A stretch of 64,000 nt of DNA from Turneriella sp. (GTDB lineage: Bacteria > Spirochaetota > Leptospiria > Turneriellales > Turneriellaceae). Within the stretch, counting starts at the first letter, position 1, and each line of letters begins with the position of its first letter. Under the pieces are notes generated by a model. The model was not told the origin of the DNA and made no database searches. It saw only the letters and a program-made list of their open reading frames with translations. The position numbers and the translations under genes were made by a program. The DNA lies in contig CBDIID010000003.1 in the NCBI GenBank assembly GCA_965279515.1, positions 3,744,001 to 3,808,000 on the forward strand. The letters are read 5' to 3'. Positions 1 to 10,500 of the stretch are shown here, in pieces.

Positions 1-252
1 AAAGTCAGCGATGGCGAAATTTGGAATTTTGCCCTTCAAAATAACCTGATAATAGTCAGTAAGGATACAGATTTCTCAAACCGAATCTTGGTCTCAAATC
101 CACCGCCTCGCGTAATTCATATGCGGATTGGCAATATGCGTTTTCAAGTATTGGATGAATTTATTACACAAAATTGGAAAAAAATTCTGCAACTGTCTCA
201 AAAACATAAACTCGTGAATGTCTACAGAGATTCGATAGAAGGTATCAACTGA
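1..252 (+). CDS. DUF5615/PIN-like toxin, 3' part (runs off window)
   Basis: Frame 1 translates KVSDGEIWNFALQNNLIIVSKDTDF...PPRVIHMRIGN...*, similar to 1728-2093. Confidence 0.8.
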   Translation, partial: KVSDGEIWNFALQNNLIIVSKDTDFSNRILVSNPPPRVIHMRIGNMRFQVLDEFITQNWKKILQLSQKHKLVNVYRDSIEGIN

Positions 253-315
253 CTTATTTGCCTTAGATGCGCCGCCATGGATGGCGGCGGAGCACTTAGT
301 GCAACTATGTCAGAG

Positions 316-522
316 AACGTGGATTTTACGCTGACGTTTTTTGACGCTTGTGTCATTTATTCAATCTGTAAAGCCGATTTGCGTCAAAAAATGTGGTCGT
401 AGCGGCTCGCGGCGACGCGCGAAAACACACCTCCCGGTGTGCGCGTCGTCCGCGATCTTTGCCGCGGAGACCCGAGCACGCGACCCAACGAAGTGGTCGC
501 GGCGCAGCGCGTAAAATTTGTT
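316..522 (-). repeat. attC-like site 1
   Basis: AACgtggattttacgc...gcgtaaaatttGTT, 207 bp (all attC coordinates run AAC to GTT). Confidence 0.9.
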
Positions 523-541
523 GGCTGAAGTGCCAGGTTCG

Positions 542-1120
542 TTAAGTGTATGGGAACATGAATGAAAGCTCATTCGATTCAATCAATTCTTTGACAATCT
601 CTTCAATCTTAGCATTTTCAAGTTCAGAAAGCTCATTTTGAGGATCTGTTCGGTATAGATTCAAAATAAGGTTCCATATTTCATAAGTAAGAGAGACATA
701 TCTTGCAACTTGGTCATGTGAAATTGCAGCAACTTCCGAATGGGTTTTACCGCCTCTCGTTATGCCGAAATGTCGGCATTGATTATATAGAGCTATCAAT
801 TTGCCAAATTCATTAATCACCCGTTTTTTCTGATTCTTATCAATCGCAGGTATGCGCTGAAAAATGTCACTTAATAGCACATGTAATTCAGGCAAGCTTG
901 ACGCTTCTTTAGAGTAATTCTGACCTAAAAGCTGACTTAGGCTTAAGCCCAAACAGGCAATTACGAAGACATAATATTCGAGTAACGCTGCTTTATCTCT
1001 ATGTCCTTTTCGGAATTCGATCTCTGCAGCCCCCCAGTATTTTATGGCTTGAACTAAAGAAAAAAGTTGAAGATTTGTTTTTCCATGACCAGAGGTCTCT
1101 CTGTGATAAAAGAAGCTCAT
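542..1120 (-). CDS. Hypothetical cassette protein (possibly HEPN-like, YNQCRH)
   Basis: 192 aa ORF filling cassette 520-1168. Confidence 0.7.
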   Translation of the reverse strand: MSFFYHRETSGHGKTNLQLFSLVQAIKYWGAAEIEFRKGHRDKAALLEYYVFVIACLGLSLSQLLGQNYSKEASSLPELHVLLSDIFQRIPAIDKNQKKRVINEFGKLIALYNQCRHFGITRGGKTHSEVAAISHDQVARYVSLTYEIWNLILNLYRTDPQNELSELENAKIEEIVKELIESNELSFMFPYT

Positions 1121-1165
1121 CTCTTTGATATAATCAGAACAACTTAATTCCCTGGCATTTCAGCC

Positions 1166-1377
1166 AACGTGGAAAATACCCGACGTTGATGGTGCGTCAC
1201 ACGGAAAATGCAGGCCTATTTGAAAAGCCGCATACTAAGCACCATCAATGTGCCCGGAGCGCCTCCCTGAGGAGCACCAAACAAACGTCCCGTTTGTGCG
1301 ACGAAGGGATCTTGGGCGCGCAGGGCCGAGCACGCGACCCAACGAAGTGGTCGCGCGCGGAGCGGGTATTTTTTGTT
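1166..1377 (-). repeat. attC-like site 2
   Basis: AACgtggaaaataccc...gggtattttttGTT. Confidence 0.9.
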
Positions 1378-1503
1378 GTCTGAAGTGCCCAATTGGAATA
1401 TAGCCCGCCGAAGACATGGATGTCGGAGGCGCGGGTACTTAAAGGTGTATTTTGAATAGATACTTGACTAACTGACCGAATGGTACTATTTTGAGGCTAA
1501 CTT

Positions 1504-1731
1504 ATGGAAGTCGGCAGGATTACACTCGACCCCGAAATTTGCCACGGAAAACCCTGTGTAAGGGGTATGCGCTGGCCTGTCGAAGTCATATTAGATATGC
1601 TAAGTTCAGGTATGAGCCCAGAGGATATCGTTAAAGATCATTCAGAACTGGAGAAAGACGATATCATAGCCTGCCTCTCTTATGCAGGTTCAGTGGTAAG
1701 TAATTCACGAATGATCCCCGCGGCGTCGTGA
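1504..1731 (+). CDS. DUF433 family antitoxin
   Basis: RITLDPEICHGKPCVRGMRWPV motif; overlaps downstream PIN gene. Confidence 0.9.
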   Translation: MEVGRITLDPEICHGKPCVRGMRWPVEVILDMLSSGMSPEDIVKDHSELEKDDIIACLSYAGSVVSNSRMIPAAS

Positions 1732-2093
1732 TTTTCCTACTCGATGTTCATTTACCCAGGCGCCTCGTCGCCTTCCTCCAAAGCAAAGGACACGAGGCCA
1801 TACATGTGTTAGATGTTTTGAGTGGTGGTCGAACGAAAGATACGGAAATTCGGCAACATGCAGATCATCATCAATATATTGTCATAACCAAAGATAAGGA
1901 TTTCGTAACTAGCCATACATTCCTGAAGTCGCCTAAAAAGCTCATTAAGATAAATCTTGGGAATTTAGGCAATGATGAATTATTAAGTATCTTTGAAAAG
2001 AACTGGAATACCATTTCTGCTCAAGCAAACTCTCCAGAATTCATGATTGAACTTGATAGAGTTGGCGTCGTTTTACACGAGCCGCGAAACTAG
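1728..2093 (+). CDS. DUF5615 PIN-like toxin
   Basis: FLLDVHLP...D.EI...ITKDKDF pattern, paired with DUF433. Confidence 0.88.
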   Translation: MIFLLDVHLPRRLVAFLQSKGHEAIHVLDVLSGGRTKDTEIRQHADHHQYIVITKDKDFVTSHTFLKSPKKLIKINLGNLGNDELLSIFEKNWNTISAQANSPEFMIELDRVGVVLHEPRN

Positions 2094-2159
2094 GAAATAC
2101 CCTTCTACCCAGAGCGCTCGCATGGAGGCGAGCGCCAATTTCTCTTGGGCATTTCAGAC

Positions 2160-2368
2160 AACGCGGAAAATACCCGAATTGCGCCCTCGCGGGTGTAAAG
2201 TGTAAATAATCACGGCTTTATGCGACTTTCGCGGGAGCGCATTTGCCCGTAGCGCCTCGCGAGCCCGCCAATGCAGGCCCAGTGGCCTGCGGGCGTAGCG
2301 ATCTTCGGCGCGTAGGGCAGAGCACGCGACCCAACGTAGTGGTCGCGGCGCAGCGGGTATTTTTTGTT
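2160..2368 (-). repeat. attC-like site 3
   Basis: Family consensus ends. Confidence 0.9.
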
Positions 2369-2559
2369 AGCCGCCGTTACCGGATTCGCGCGGCTGGCGA
2401 GCAACCCGAAGGTCAGCGATATGCTGTAGTTCGATATTATTAGTAACCGAGGAGTTGTCGCCAGGATCAAAGGCGTAAGCAGCGAAATCTGGCTGTACTC
2501 TCTGATAAAAAATCCTCTTTTTCTCCCCTTCGGGCGCGAAGGAGGTAATGGTGGCTAAC
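2366..2559. repeat. ORF-less structured cassette, copy 1
   Basis: 194 bp gttagccgccgttacc...ggtaatggtggctaac; six copies in window. Confidence 0.85.
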
Positions 2560-2772
2560 GCGGAATTTACCCGACGTTGATGGTGCGCCACACAATAAAA
2601 CCGGGCTTATTTGAAAAGCCGCATACTAAGCACCATCAATGTGGTCGGAGCGGCTCGCGGCGGCGCGCAAAAGCAAGCGTCCCGCTTGCGCGCCGTCCGC
2701 GATCTTTGCCGCGCAGACCCGAGCACGCGAGGAGCTACGGCACCGCAGCGAGCGCAGCGGGTAAATTTTGTT
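2557..2772 (-). repeat. attC-like site 4
   Basis: Family consensus ends. Confidence 0.9.
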
Positions 2773-2794
2773 GTCGGCCGTTTGGCATTGGCTG

Positions 2795-4576
2795 TCACCT
2801 TGGGTTAATTAACAGGTGTTGAACCGGCATAAGGCAAAGCCTAAGTGTCAACCACCAAGTAAAGAGACTTGCTGTTGAAAACATCTGCCAATCACTCAGC
2901 AGACCGTGAGCTAACATATTGCGGAGATTACTACCAACCTGCTCGGTGAGGAGACCCTGCATCGTAAATATGATATCTTCATCAAATATGGTGGCTAATT
3001 CAGGTTTATATAGTAATGTGTTGAGGTCATACTCTTTCTGTAGAGAAGTTGATGAAACGGAGGAAGGTATGTTCCCGGCCTGTTCATAAATTTGGCGAAC
3101 GCTATTCTCTAGTTGTGGTATCAGTAAATGTATGCTGGTCATATAATCCCCGTGTAGACCCGCGTTTAGCCCCTTCGCGTAAGCTAAGATTCGCGCCTCG
3201 GGCACAAACGGATTATCGTACAAGAATGGATAAAAATCTCGTTCGGTAAAGCTATGTTCCACATTCGTTTGGTATCTTGCCGGTTCTATGAGTCCCTGCG
3301 TCAGGAGCTGATGCTCCATAATCAAACTCTTAAACATCTCTGCTTTGATCGCTGTTTCCTTTTCTGTGACGTCATCTGTCATGATCGAAGGTTTTTTCGC
3401 GATGACTTTGCCATTTTCATTCAAGACCGCCGAGTTAAATAGGTGAAAGAGAATACTTTGAGACTTTTGGTCTTCAACACGCTTTCTAATGCTACTTACT
3501 TTAGGGATATCGGTTATGAACGCGACGAAAAATAGCACATCCTTTTTCTCTCGCCCACTAATGTGAGAAATTGTTGAGTCTACAAAGCGGGTCAGGTCAA
3601 CGCTAGAGGAGAATTTTCCGAATTCACTCGTCGATCGCTTTTGATACGTAAGGAGCAATGCGTGAACTCTGTCGATATCACTCTTGCGGGCTGGAATTTT
3701 TCTATAAGCGTCTATGGCTCGCAACAGGAAATCAGATGCGGCAAAATAGCTTGGCTTCGCCCGTTTAGTACATTCCTCTGCTTCTAATTCGTACCCCTGA
3801 GCGATGGCCTCGTATGCGTTATTCACCTCTATATCGTTGCCACTTTTCCGAAAGGCTTTAATGGCATGTTCCCAATAAATCCGGGCGGCGTACATATCCT
3901 TGGCGGCTTGGAAGCGTTGAGCGTGCGCCTTTGCCGAATTGGCTAATTGAACCTTGTCAGTTTGGCTCTGGGCGAATAGAATTTCGATAACAGCGGCGGA
4001 TAGAAAAAGCGGATCATTATTCTGATACTTGCTCAGGACGGATTGTGCATATTGAATGATTCTATCGGTGTACGTTAAATCTTTTCCTTTGTATTTTGAC
4101 AATTGCAGGGCACGGCGCAAATTATTGATATACTCCGGCCACTTATTCACATCCTCTATTGATTGGGCCAAGCCAAGATACGCATCTATTGCCTGACCCA
4201 AAAGCTGATGGCGACGACGACCCACCCAAAGCAGATCACACATCCGGGCTACAATAGCCGGGTCCTCGACTTTCTGAGCAATAATCTCAAAATTCGCATA
4301 ATGATTATCATTGAAATCTTCCAAGGCCGCCGTTCTACCATGGACAAACTGAGCAAGCGGAGCAAAGATTTCCGGCTTGTCGCTGTTCATAGAAAGCGAG
4401 CAGGCAGCAGAGAGTAATAACCAAGCCCCTGCCGAAGCGGGATCCTCATTCGATTTATTGCGGAAAAGTGTGCTCAAATCCTGGGCGCTTCTATGGTTTG
4501 TGGTTTTGAGTAGATCATCAATATTTAGTTTTTCAATATCTGCCTCTGAAAATTTCTGTATCTCGCTCAGTTCCAT
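2795..4576 (-). CDS. DUF4209-type protein with C-terminal HEPN-like motif
   Basis: 593 aa from MELSEIQ (the ORF-track start lies inside attC); LLIPQLENSVR and NLRNMLAHGLL (RxxxxH). Confidence 0.8.
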   Translation of the reverse strand: MELSEIQKFSEADIEKLNIDDLLKTTNHRSAQDLSTLFRNKSNEDPASAGAWLLLSAACSLSMNSDKPEIFAPLAQFVHGRTAALEDFNDNHYANFEIIAQKVEDPAIVARMCDLLWVGRRRHQLLGQAIDAYLGLAQSIEDVNKWPEYINNLRRALQLSKYKGKDLTYTDRIIQYAQSVLSKYQNNDPLFLSAAVIEILFAQSQTDKVQLANSAKAHAQRFQAAKDMYAARIYWEHAIKAFRKSGNDIEVNNAYEAIAQGYELEAEECTKRAKPSYFAASDFLLRAIDAYRKIPARKSDIDRVHALLLTYQKRSTSEFGKFSSSVDLTRFVDSTISHISGREKKDVLFFVAFITDIPKVSSIRKRVEDQKSQSILFHLFNSAVLNENGKVIAKKPSIMTDDVTEKETAIKAEMFKSLIMEHQLLTQGLIEPARYQTNVEHSFTERDFYPFLYDNPFVPEARILAYAKGLNAGLHGDYMTSIHLLIPQLENSVRQIYEQAGNIPSSVSSTSLQKEYDLNTLLYKPELATIFDEDIIFTMQGLLTEQVGSNLRNMLAHGLLSDWQMFSTASLFTWWLTLRLCLMPVQHLLINPR

Positions 4577-4600
4577 AATACCTCTTGCCAAATGGCCGAC

Positions 4601-4762
4601 AACGTGGAAAATACCCGAATTGCGCCCTCGCGGGTGTAAAGTGCAAATAAACACGGTTTATGTGACTTTCGCGGGAGCGCATTTGCCCGTAGCGATCTTC
4701 GGCGCGTAGGGCCGAGCACGCGACCCAACGTAGTGGTCGCGGCGCAGCGGGTATTTTTTGTT
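4601..4762 (-). repeat. attC-like site 5 (central hairpin deleted)
   Basis: 162 bp; lacks the segment between two CGTAGCG repeats seen in site 3. Confidence 0.85.
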
Positions 4763-4938
4763 AGCCGCCGTTGCCGGATTCGCGCGGCTGGCGAGCAACC
4801 CGAAGGTCAGCGATATGCTGTAGTTCGATATTATTAGTAACCGAGGAGTTGTCGCCAGGATCAAAGGCGTAAGCAGCAAGAGCCGGCTGTACTCTCTGAC
4901 AACAAATCCTCTTCTTCTCCCCTTCGGGCGCGAAGGAG

Positions 4939-6273
4939 GGTACAATATCAGAACATCGGTAACGAAAAGTCATCACGACATCGGTAACAGTTCTGCCTCA
5001 GGCTTTGCCGTGGTTTCCTCCTGATTTGGTGTAAACAAATAATTGTTCCGATCGATGTAGCCCAATAGCAGGCTACCGAAGTAGACGTCGATGCGCATGT
5101 CGGCGATAAACCGGAGCCCGATCGGGTAGCCGTTAAAAGAATTGCCGATAAATATCCGGTGCTGCTTGTAGTTGGTGTAACCGCGGTCATTTACGATGCG
5201 TACGATGCAATCCTCAGGGTAGGCGGGTAGTACGTCGCCAGTATACGGAATTTCAGATGGTAGGTAGAACTCTGATGGCGTCCTCATGCCCAGGGCTTCA
5301 TGCGGTCGCACATTGTTGAAGTCTTCGCGCCACTGATCAAACGAAATCTGGTGAAGCTTTAGATCACCGCGAATGCGCCCCTGCAGTTCCGTGCGGATGT
5401 CTCTGTGCATACGCTCATGGCCACCATTCTGGGCTGGCTTTCCCGGATCAATGCGGTCCAGAGAAATTCCCAAGGACAGCCACCAGACTGACAATTTTGT
5501 CAGGCCAAAGAGTCCCCACGATGATGCGAAAGGAGTTCCGTTGTCAGAGCGAATAATTTCCGGCAGACCATAGCGTTTGAAGAGTCTGGCAAAGTGTTGT
5601 TTTACATTGGAAATATTGCCCTTTTCCAGTATCTGTATCGACAGGATGTACTTACTGTACTCATCGCGAACTGTCAGAGGTTCGCATTTCTCTGCATGTG
5701 CAGTATACCACCACCCCTTGAAATCAACCGTCCATATGTGATTGGGATGCGTCGCCTTTTCGCGAAGCATCAGCCTCTCTCCGGTTCTGCGGCGCTTCTT
5801 TCCTCTTGGCCTTGTCAGACCAGAGCGCGCCAGAAGGCGATCGACTGTAGGCACTGAAATATCGCCTTTGCGCTCGGGGTAAAGCCTGCAGAAGACCGCA
5901 TAGATCTTCTTGGCTCCCCAGCGAGGCCTGTTATTCTTTATGCGAATAATGTCGCAGATTGTCTCTTCATCAGTGCGGTTCGGATTGCCTCCTGGTTTTC
6001 GTGACAACTCCGCCAATCCAGCTAAGCCTTTTTCCAGAAACCTTGCCTTCCACTTGTACCCTGTCTTGGTGCTGATGCCAAACTCGCGGCACAGCTCTGT
6101 GAAACTCTCTACGCCCTCCAGGGCGCGAAAGACAAAAGATCTTTTCTCTTCCATTTTGGTAACCTCTTTCCACGGCATTTGAGCCCCCTGCCGAAGGCAG
6201 GCAAAAGCTCTTTGCGAAGCAAAGTGTTACCGATGTCTTGATAGAAATGTGTTACCTATGTCGTGATAGTACC
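4939..6273 (-). mobile_element. IS481-like insertion sequence, copy 1 (1335 bp)
   Basis: Ends ggtacaatatcagaacatcggtaac / gttacctatgtcgtgatagtacc; repeated subterminal acatcggtaac motifs; GAG target duplication. Confidence 0.9.
4973..6178 (-). CDS. IS481-family DDE transposase
   Basis: MPWKE N-terminus, HTH, WTVDFKG / IRSDNG / QNGGHERMHR rve core. Confidence 0.92.
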   Translation of the reverse strand: MPWKEVTKMEEKRSFVFRALEGVESFTELCREFGISTKTGYKWKARFLEKGLAGLAELSRKPGGNPNRTDEETICDIIRIKNNRPRWGAKKIYAVFCRLYPERKGDISVPTVDRLLARSGLTRPRGKKRRRTGERLMLREKATHPNHIWTVDFKGWWYTAHAEKCEPLTVRDEYSKYILSIQILEKGNISNVKQHFARLFKRYGLPEIIRSDNGTPFASSWGLFGLTKLSVWWLSLGISLDRIDPGKPAQNGGHERMHRDIRTELQGRIRGDLKLHQISFDQWREDFNNVRPHEALGMRTPSEFYLPSEIPYTGDVLPAYPEDCIVRIVNDRGYTNYKQHRIFIGNSFNGYPIGLRFIADMRIDVYFGSLLLGYIDRNNYLFTPNQEETTAKPEAELLPMS

Positions 6274-6288
6274 GAGGTAATGGTGGCT

Positions 6289-6506
6289 AACGTGGAATTT
6301 ACAAGACGTTGATGGTGCGCCACACAATAATTGCAGGCTTATTTGGAAAGCCGCGTATCAAGCACCATCAATGTGTCGTAGGCGGCTGCGTTGCGCCTGA
6401 CCAAACAAACGCCCCGTTTGTCAGGCGTCAACGCATTTCAGGCCGCCGGAGACCGAGCACGCGAGGAGCTACGGCACCGCAGCGAGCGCAGCTTGTAAAT
6501 TTTGTT
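6289..6506 (-). repeat. attC-like site 6
   Basis: aatttacaag...cttgtaaattt compensatory variant. Confidence 0.9.
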
Positions 6507-6570
6507 GTCTGAAGTAATTGCGCCTGTGAGCCCGGCTAGGAGGGCCGGGCGAACCCTTAGTGCGACTGCT

Positions 6571-6665
6571 CATAACTGGTCATTTTGTCACTTCCAGAAA
6601 CAGGTTTTACACCTGAGAGATTCGGGGTATCTTAGGTCTTAATGGGGAGCAAGTTCTTATATGCT
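6571..6665 (+). repeat. Inner capture repeat, B part (CATAA...)
   Basis: cataactggtcattttgtcac...caggttttacacctgagag...ggagcaagttcttat. Confidence 0.8.
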
Positions 6666-7841
6666 CAAGCCAATTCTCTTGAATAGACTTTCTAATCTTT
6701 CTTCCGCCCATATTTTTAATTCGGGTTCAGTCTCAAAATATCTCTGATACGAATCATGAAATCCGGGAGCCAAATTTTTAATAAATCTCAGAAAATCTTC
6801 TCGAGTCCATTTTTCATGGGGCTTTCGAACAGCCTTGGATATTCGCACTCCATTTAAATCTGCGATGACTCGGGAAATATGCCGGGTAAGTTTGCCGTTA
6901 ACCATACTAACATTTCCAATAAAATCAATGTTTAATGTCGTCACCACACGCCCCTGAGAAAGGAGATATCCACTCAAATAACCAGCAATAGATCTTCGCC
7001 GGCGCCATTCACGACTTTCAAAATCCTGATACTCATCTTGCGCAGTAAGCCGACTGTTCCTGTTTTTGGCTCGTATTTCAAAAATGCGATTACAGCGATT
7101 CTGCCGCAGCATTTTATGAATTTCCGCAGAAGGGCGCTCGTCAGGAAAACCGGAGGCCATCACTGGCAATGCATAAGATCGAGCAAGGAGGAGATAAGAG
7201 ATGTTATCCGCTTCAAAATCCGAAGAATATGTAGCTTGGCCGGAAAAATCATGGTAATTAGCCGAGGTAATTTTTTGGAACTGGGTATGAACGAAGTTAT
7301 GCCAGAAATTCCTAAGCAAGTAGTTTGTTGTCCAATTTTTAAATGCAGCGCGATTGATTGCTGCAACCCCAAGTTTGGCGACAGGTTCGTCTGGAATCAC
7401 TTGGCCATAATAGAGAAAACGAAAAAAGGTTTCAGAAAGAGAATTTTCGATTCTCCGAATTTTATTCCGCAACGGAAAATCAAAAGATCCATAAAAAAAT
7501 CGATCAGCCATCTCGTTTATCCTTAACGTCGGATCGGACTGGATAAGGTTTACAACACAGTATTTATCCCATACATTATTCTCTTGAAAGAAAAGATCAA
7601 TATCCGCGTCAGATTTTGAGAGTAGATTCCTACCGAAGAATTCTGAAATTGAGTTGTTTTCATTCAGAGTAATACTCATCCTCTGCAAAGCCGATAAATA
7701 TGCGTTAACCAGATCCACTGGCCTTAAAATGATATCTTTGCCCAGGGCATCAACTTTGATTTGCTTAACCGTACTTTTAAAATTTATGTCTTGGGCCCAT
7801 CTCTCTAATGCCGCCCGAACCTCGTTAAATGAGCCGTCCAT
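6657..7841 (-). CDS. Hypothetical protein (stop codon lies in the inner repeat)
   Basis: 394 aa ORF with GGAGG upstream. Confidence 0.75.
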   Translation of the reverse strand: MDGSFNEVRAALERWAQDINFKSTVKQIKVDALGKDIILRPVDLVNAYLSALQRMSITLNENNSISEFFGRNLLSKSDADIDLFFQENNVWDKYCVVNLIQSDPTLRINEMADRFFYGSFDFPLRNKIRRIENSLSETFFRFLYYGQVIPDEPVAKLGVAAINRAAFKNWTTNYLLRNFWHNFVHTQFQKITSANYHDFSGQATYSSDFEADNISYLLLARSYALPVMASGFPDERPSAEIHKMLRQNRCNRIFEIRAKNRNSRLTAQDEYQDFESREWRRRRSIAGYLSGYLLSQGRVVTTLNIDFIGNVSMVNGKLTRHISRVIADLNGVRISKAVRKPHEKWTREDFLRFIKNLAPGFHDSYQRYFETEPELKIWAEERLESLFKRIGLSI

Positions 7842-8019
7842 CGCACCCTCCGTTCACAGACCATTTATTGACAAACTGTATGCATAATTGCAAATCCGCT
7901 GTCCAGAAAAACACAACCGGCAACTCCTCTGCTGATGCTGCGAGGTCTCACCTCCGGCCTCTATAAATGATGAAAATGCACTTAACGCGAGAAAGCTAGA
8001 AAACAGCCTTAACGAGTCA

Positions 8020-8051
8020 AATATAGCCCTTTAAGCACTAACTACCCATAA
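8020..8051 (+). repeat. Inner capture repeat, A part only
   Basis: aatatagccctttaagcactaactacccataa. Confidence 0.8.
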
Positions 8052-8126
8052 CTGATTCTTAGGGCGCAACAGATGTGCCGCGCCGACACGAGGTCGGCGA
8101 AGAAGAGAGGCGCAATTATTTCAGAC

Positions 8127-8337
8127 AACGTGGAAAATACCCGAATTGCGCCCCCGCGGGTGTAAAGTGTAAATAATCACGGCTTTATGTGACTTTCGCG
8201 GGAGCGCATTTGCCCGAAGCGCCTCGCGGCAAAGCACAGAACAAGCGTCCCGCTTGTGCTTTGTCCGCGATCTTTGGCGCGCAGGGCCGAGCACGCGAGC
8301 CAACGAAGTGCTCGCGGCGCAGCGGGTATTTTTTGTT
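8127..8337 (-). repeat. attC-like site 7
   Basis: Family consensus ends. Confidence 0.9.
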
Positions 8338-8529
8338 AGCCGCCGTTACCGGATTCGCGCGGCTGGCGAGCAACCCGAAGGTCAGCGAGATACTGTAGTT
8401 CGATATTATTAGTAACCGAGGAGTTGTCGCCAGGATCAAAGGCGTAAGCAGCGAAATCTGGTTGTACTCTCTGATAACAAATCCTCTTTTTCTCCCCTTC
8501 GGGGCGCGAAGGAGGTAATGGTGGCTAAC
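8335..8529. repeat. ORF-less cassette copy 3
   Basis: Near-identical to 2366-2559. Confidence 0.85.
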
Positions 8530-8734
8530 GTGGATTTTACGCTGACGTTTTTTGACGCTTGTGTCATTTATTCAATTTGTAAAGCCGATTTGCGTCAAAA
8601 AATGTGGTCGTAGCGGCTCGCAGTGGCGCGCAAAAGCAAGCGTCCCGCTTGCGCGACATCTGCGATCTTTGCCGCGGAGACCCGAGCACGCGAGGAGCTA
8701 CGGCACCGCAGCGGCGCAGCGCGTAAAATTTGTT
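8527..8734 (-). repeat. attC-like site 8
   Basis: Family consensus ends. Confidence 0.9.
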
Positions 8735-8769
8735 GGGTGCCGTACACGACTCTAAAGCCATCGGCTTCT

Positions 8770-9336
8770 CTAAACGCCCCCCAGATCCATTAGTATAGAG
8801 TCTGTCAAGCAAGTCCAAGTTGCCTGCTTCTTTTGATTACCAGCCTCAGATGAAAGGTTTTCGATAATTTGTGCCTTTTCTTTTGGAGTAAGTTTCTTAT
8901 CTCTCAGAATTAGCTCTATTGCTGCTTCCACTTTTGGAGGTAAACTGGGTTCGTTTCTCGGGGCCCCGTTCTTAGCCTCAGATTTTATTGGCTCCGGGAA
9001 TTTTTTAGAATCTGCTGATCCATTCAGTGAAAACAGAATTTCTAATTCTGTTTTATCAAACCAAACTAAATTACAAGGGCAACAGACGTCTATTTGGAGA
9101 TTTAGGCTGTCATTATAAACCCGGCGTTTGTCCATTGCTGTTTTGCATTTCGGGCATAAAATTGATCTCTCTGGGATAAGAGCCGTGTCAGTTATGGAAA
9201 AGGCTATGGAACCACTTTGGGCTAAAAGTCTTTGCAATGAGCCTATATGGCCAGCACAAGTGAAGCAGGCTAAAGCCGTGCCATAAGGTGTCTTAATGGC
9301 TGCTAATTCGGTATGATCGCATGACGGACAATTCAT
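8770..9336 (-). CDS. zf-TFIIB-like double zinc-ribbon protein
   Basis: MNCPSC...CFTC...CPKC...IDVCCPCNLVWFDKTEL. Confidence 0.75.
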   Translation of the reverse strand: MNCPSCDHTELAAIKTPYGTALACFTCAGHIGSLQRLLAQSGSIAFSITDTALIPERSILCPKCKTAMDKRRVYNDSLNLQIDVCCPCNLVWFDKTELEILFSLNGSADSKKFPEPIKSEAKNGAPRNEPSLPPKVEAAIELILRDKKLTPKEKAQIIENLSSEAGNQKKQATWTCLTDSILMDLGGV

Positions 9337-9353
9337 ATTCGTGTATGGCACCC

Positions 9354-9558
9354 AACGTGGAATTTACCCGAGGTAAAATGACGCTTCGTTCAACTTTGAA
9401 TCTGTAAAGCCATATTGCGTCATTTTATCTGCCGAAGGTCGCCTCGTTGCGTCCGACCAAACAAACGTCCCGTTTGTCGGGCGTCAACGACTCTTGGCGA
9501 CCGAGGCCGAGCACACGACCCAGCGAAGCGGTCGTGCGCGCAGCGGGTAAATTTTGTT
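9354..9558 (-). repeat. attC-like site 9
   Basis: Family consensus ends. Confidence 0.9.
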
Positions 9559-9610
9559 GTCTGAAGTTTGCGCTACGAAACCGCCGAGCCAAGGAGGGCG
9601 AGGCGGAGCA

Positions 9611-10075
9611 TCATTTTACATCTTTCAGCTCAGAGATCATATCTCTAACAAGATCAGCGCAAGTTCCCTCAAATTCGAGAATAGGCGTGGGCTGAACCTT
9701 CATCGTTTCATCATAAGCACGAACCCTGTAGGTTGTGCAACTATCGTCGCACTTGAAAGTTGAAAAAATTGGTACGGGGCTAATTGCATAAGTATTAATT
9801 GTGCCATCGGTTAACCGGAAAGATAGTACGTATGTTGGACTCGCCAATTCTGGACCTCTCCGCCAAAAAATGTCCGAAAAACATTTAAGCGTATTTGTGT
9901 AACTTACAACCTTTGTGGATATGTTGATTTTAATGGGATTTGTCTCAGAAACGGATGAAATGGTTACGCTTTCAACTATCTGATTTCGCTTAATGCCAGG
10001 ACCGCGCACGTAAGCTGGAGTGCACGCCGTCATCGTCAATATGATCCCCAATCCAATCACTCTTATGCGAAGCAT
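9611..10075 (-). CDS. Putative lipoprotein
   Basis: Signal-like MLRIRVIGLGIILTMTAC; start uncertain. Confidence 0.6.
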   Translation of the reverse strand: MLRIRVIGLGIILTMTACTPAYVRGPGIKRNQIVESVTISSVSETNPIKINISTKVVSYTNTLKCFSDIFWRRGPELASPTYVLSFRLTDGTINTYAISPVPIFSTFKCDDSCTTYRVRAYDETMKVQPTPILEFEGTCADLVRDMISELKDVK

Positions 10076-10179
10076 GTAATTTCGTATCCATAACGCTCTC
10101 ATATCTGCTGTCAACTCCGATGTTGCGAGTTCGGGCATGGATGCCCGAAAGTCTGAGCTGACTTGCGCAAATTTCAGAC

Positions 10180-10390
10180 AACGTGGAAAATACCCGAATT
10201 GCGCCCGCGCGGGTGTAAAGTGTAAATAATCACCGCCTTATGCGACTTTCGTGGGAGCGCATTTGCCCGGAGCGCCTCGCGAGCCTGCCAAAACACACCT
10301 CCCGGTGTGGCAGGCGAAGCGATCCTTGGCGCGTAGGGCCGAGGACGCGACCCAACGTAGTGGTCGCGCCCGCAGCGGGTATTTTTTGTT
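10180..10390 (-). repeat. attC-like site 10
   Basis: Family consensus ends. Confidence 0.9.
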
Positions 10391-10465
10391 GTGCGATGAA
10401 TCTGCAAGGCATTACAAATGCCCCCGGCCAAGCATGGAGGCTTGGCCGGAGATTACTACAAATAT

Positions 10466-10494
10466 TTGACCTTGTGTTTCAATTGATATACATT
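10466..10494 (+). promoter_or_regulatory. Sigma70-type promoter of the dinJ-yafQ-like operon (probably leaderless)
   Basis: TTGACC-17 bp-TACATT, ATG 7 nt later. Confidence 0.65.
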
Positions 10495-10500
10495 GTCTCC

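Larger units (their letters stand above)
4760..6291. repeat. ORF-less cassette copy 2, interrupted by IS
   Basis: 4760-4938 plus 6274-6291 reconstitute the cassette. Confidence 0.85.

Noticed and set aside
2531..2559. AGGAGGTAATG as RBS plus start codon in the ORF-less cassette
   Set aside because: Spacing to the ATG is too short, the bases form the terminal inverted arm, and the downstream frame changes with each neighbouring attC.
4577..4654. ORF-track N-terminal extensions into attC sites (also 10240, 14290, 30147, 30949, 31841)
   Set aside because: They cross the cassette boundary; downstream starts were used instead.
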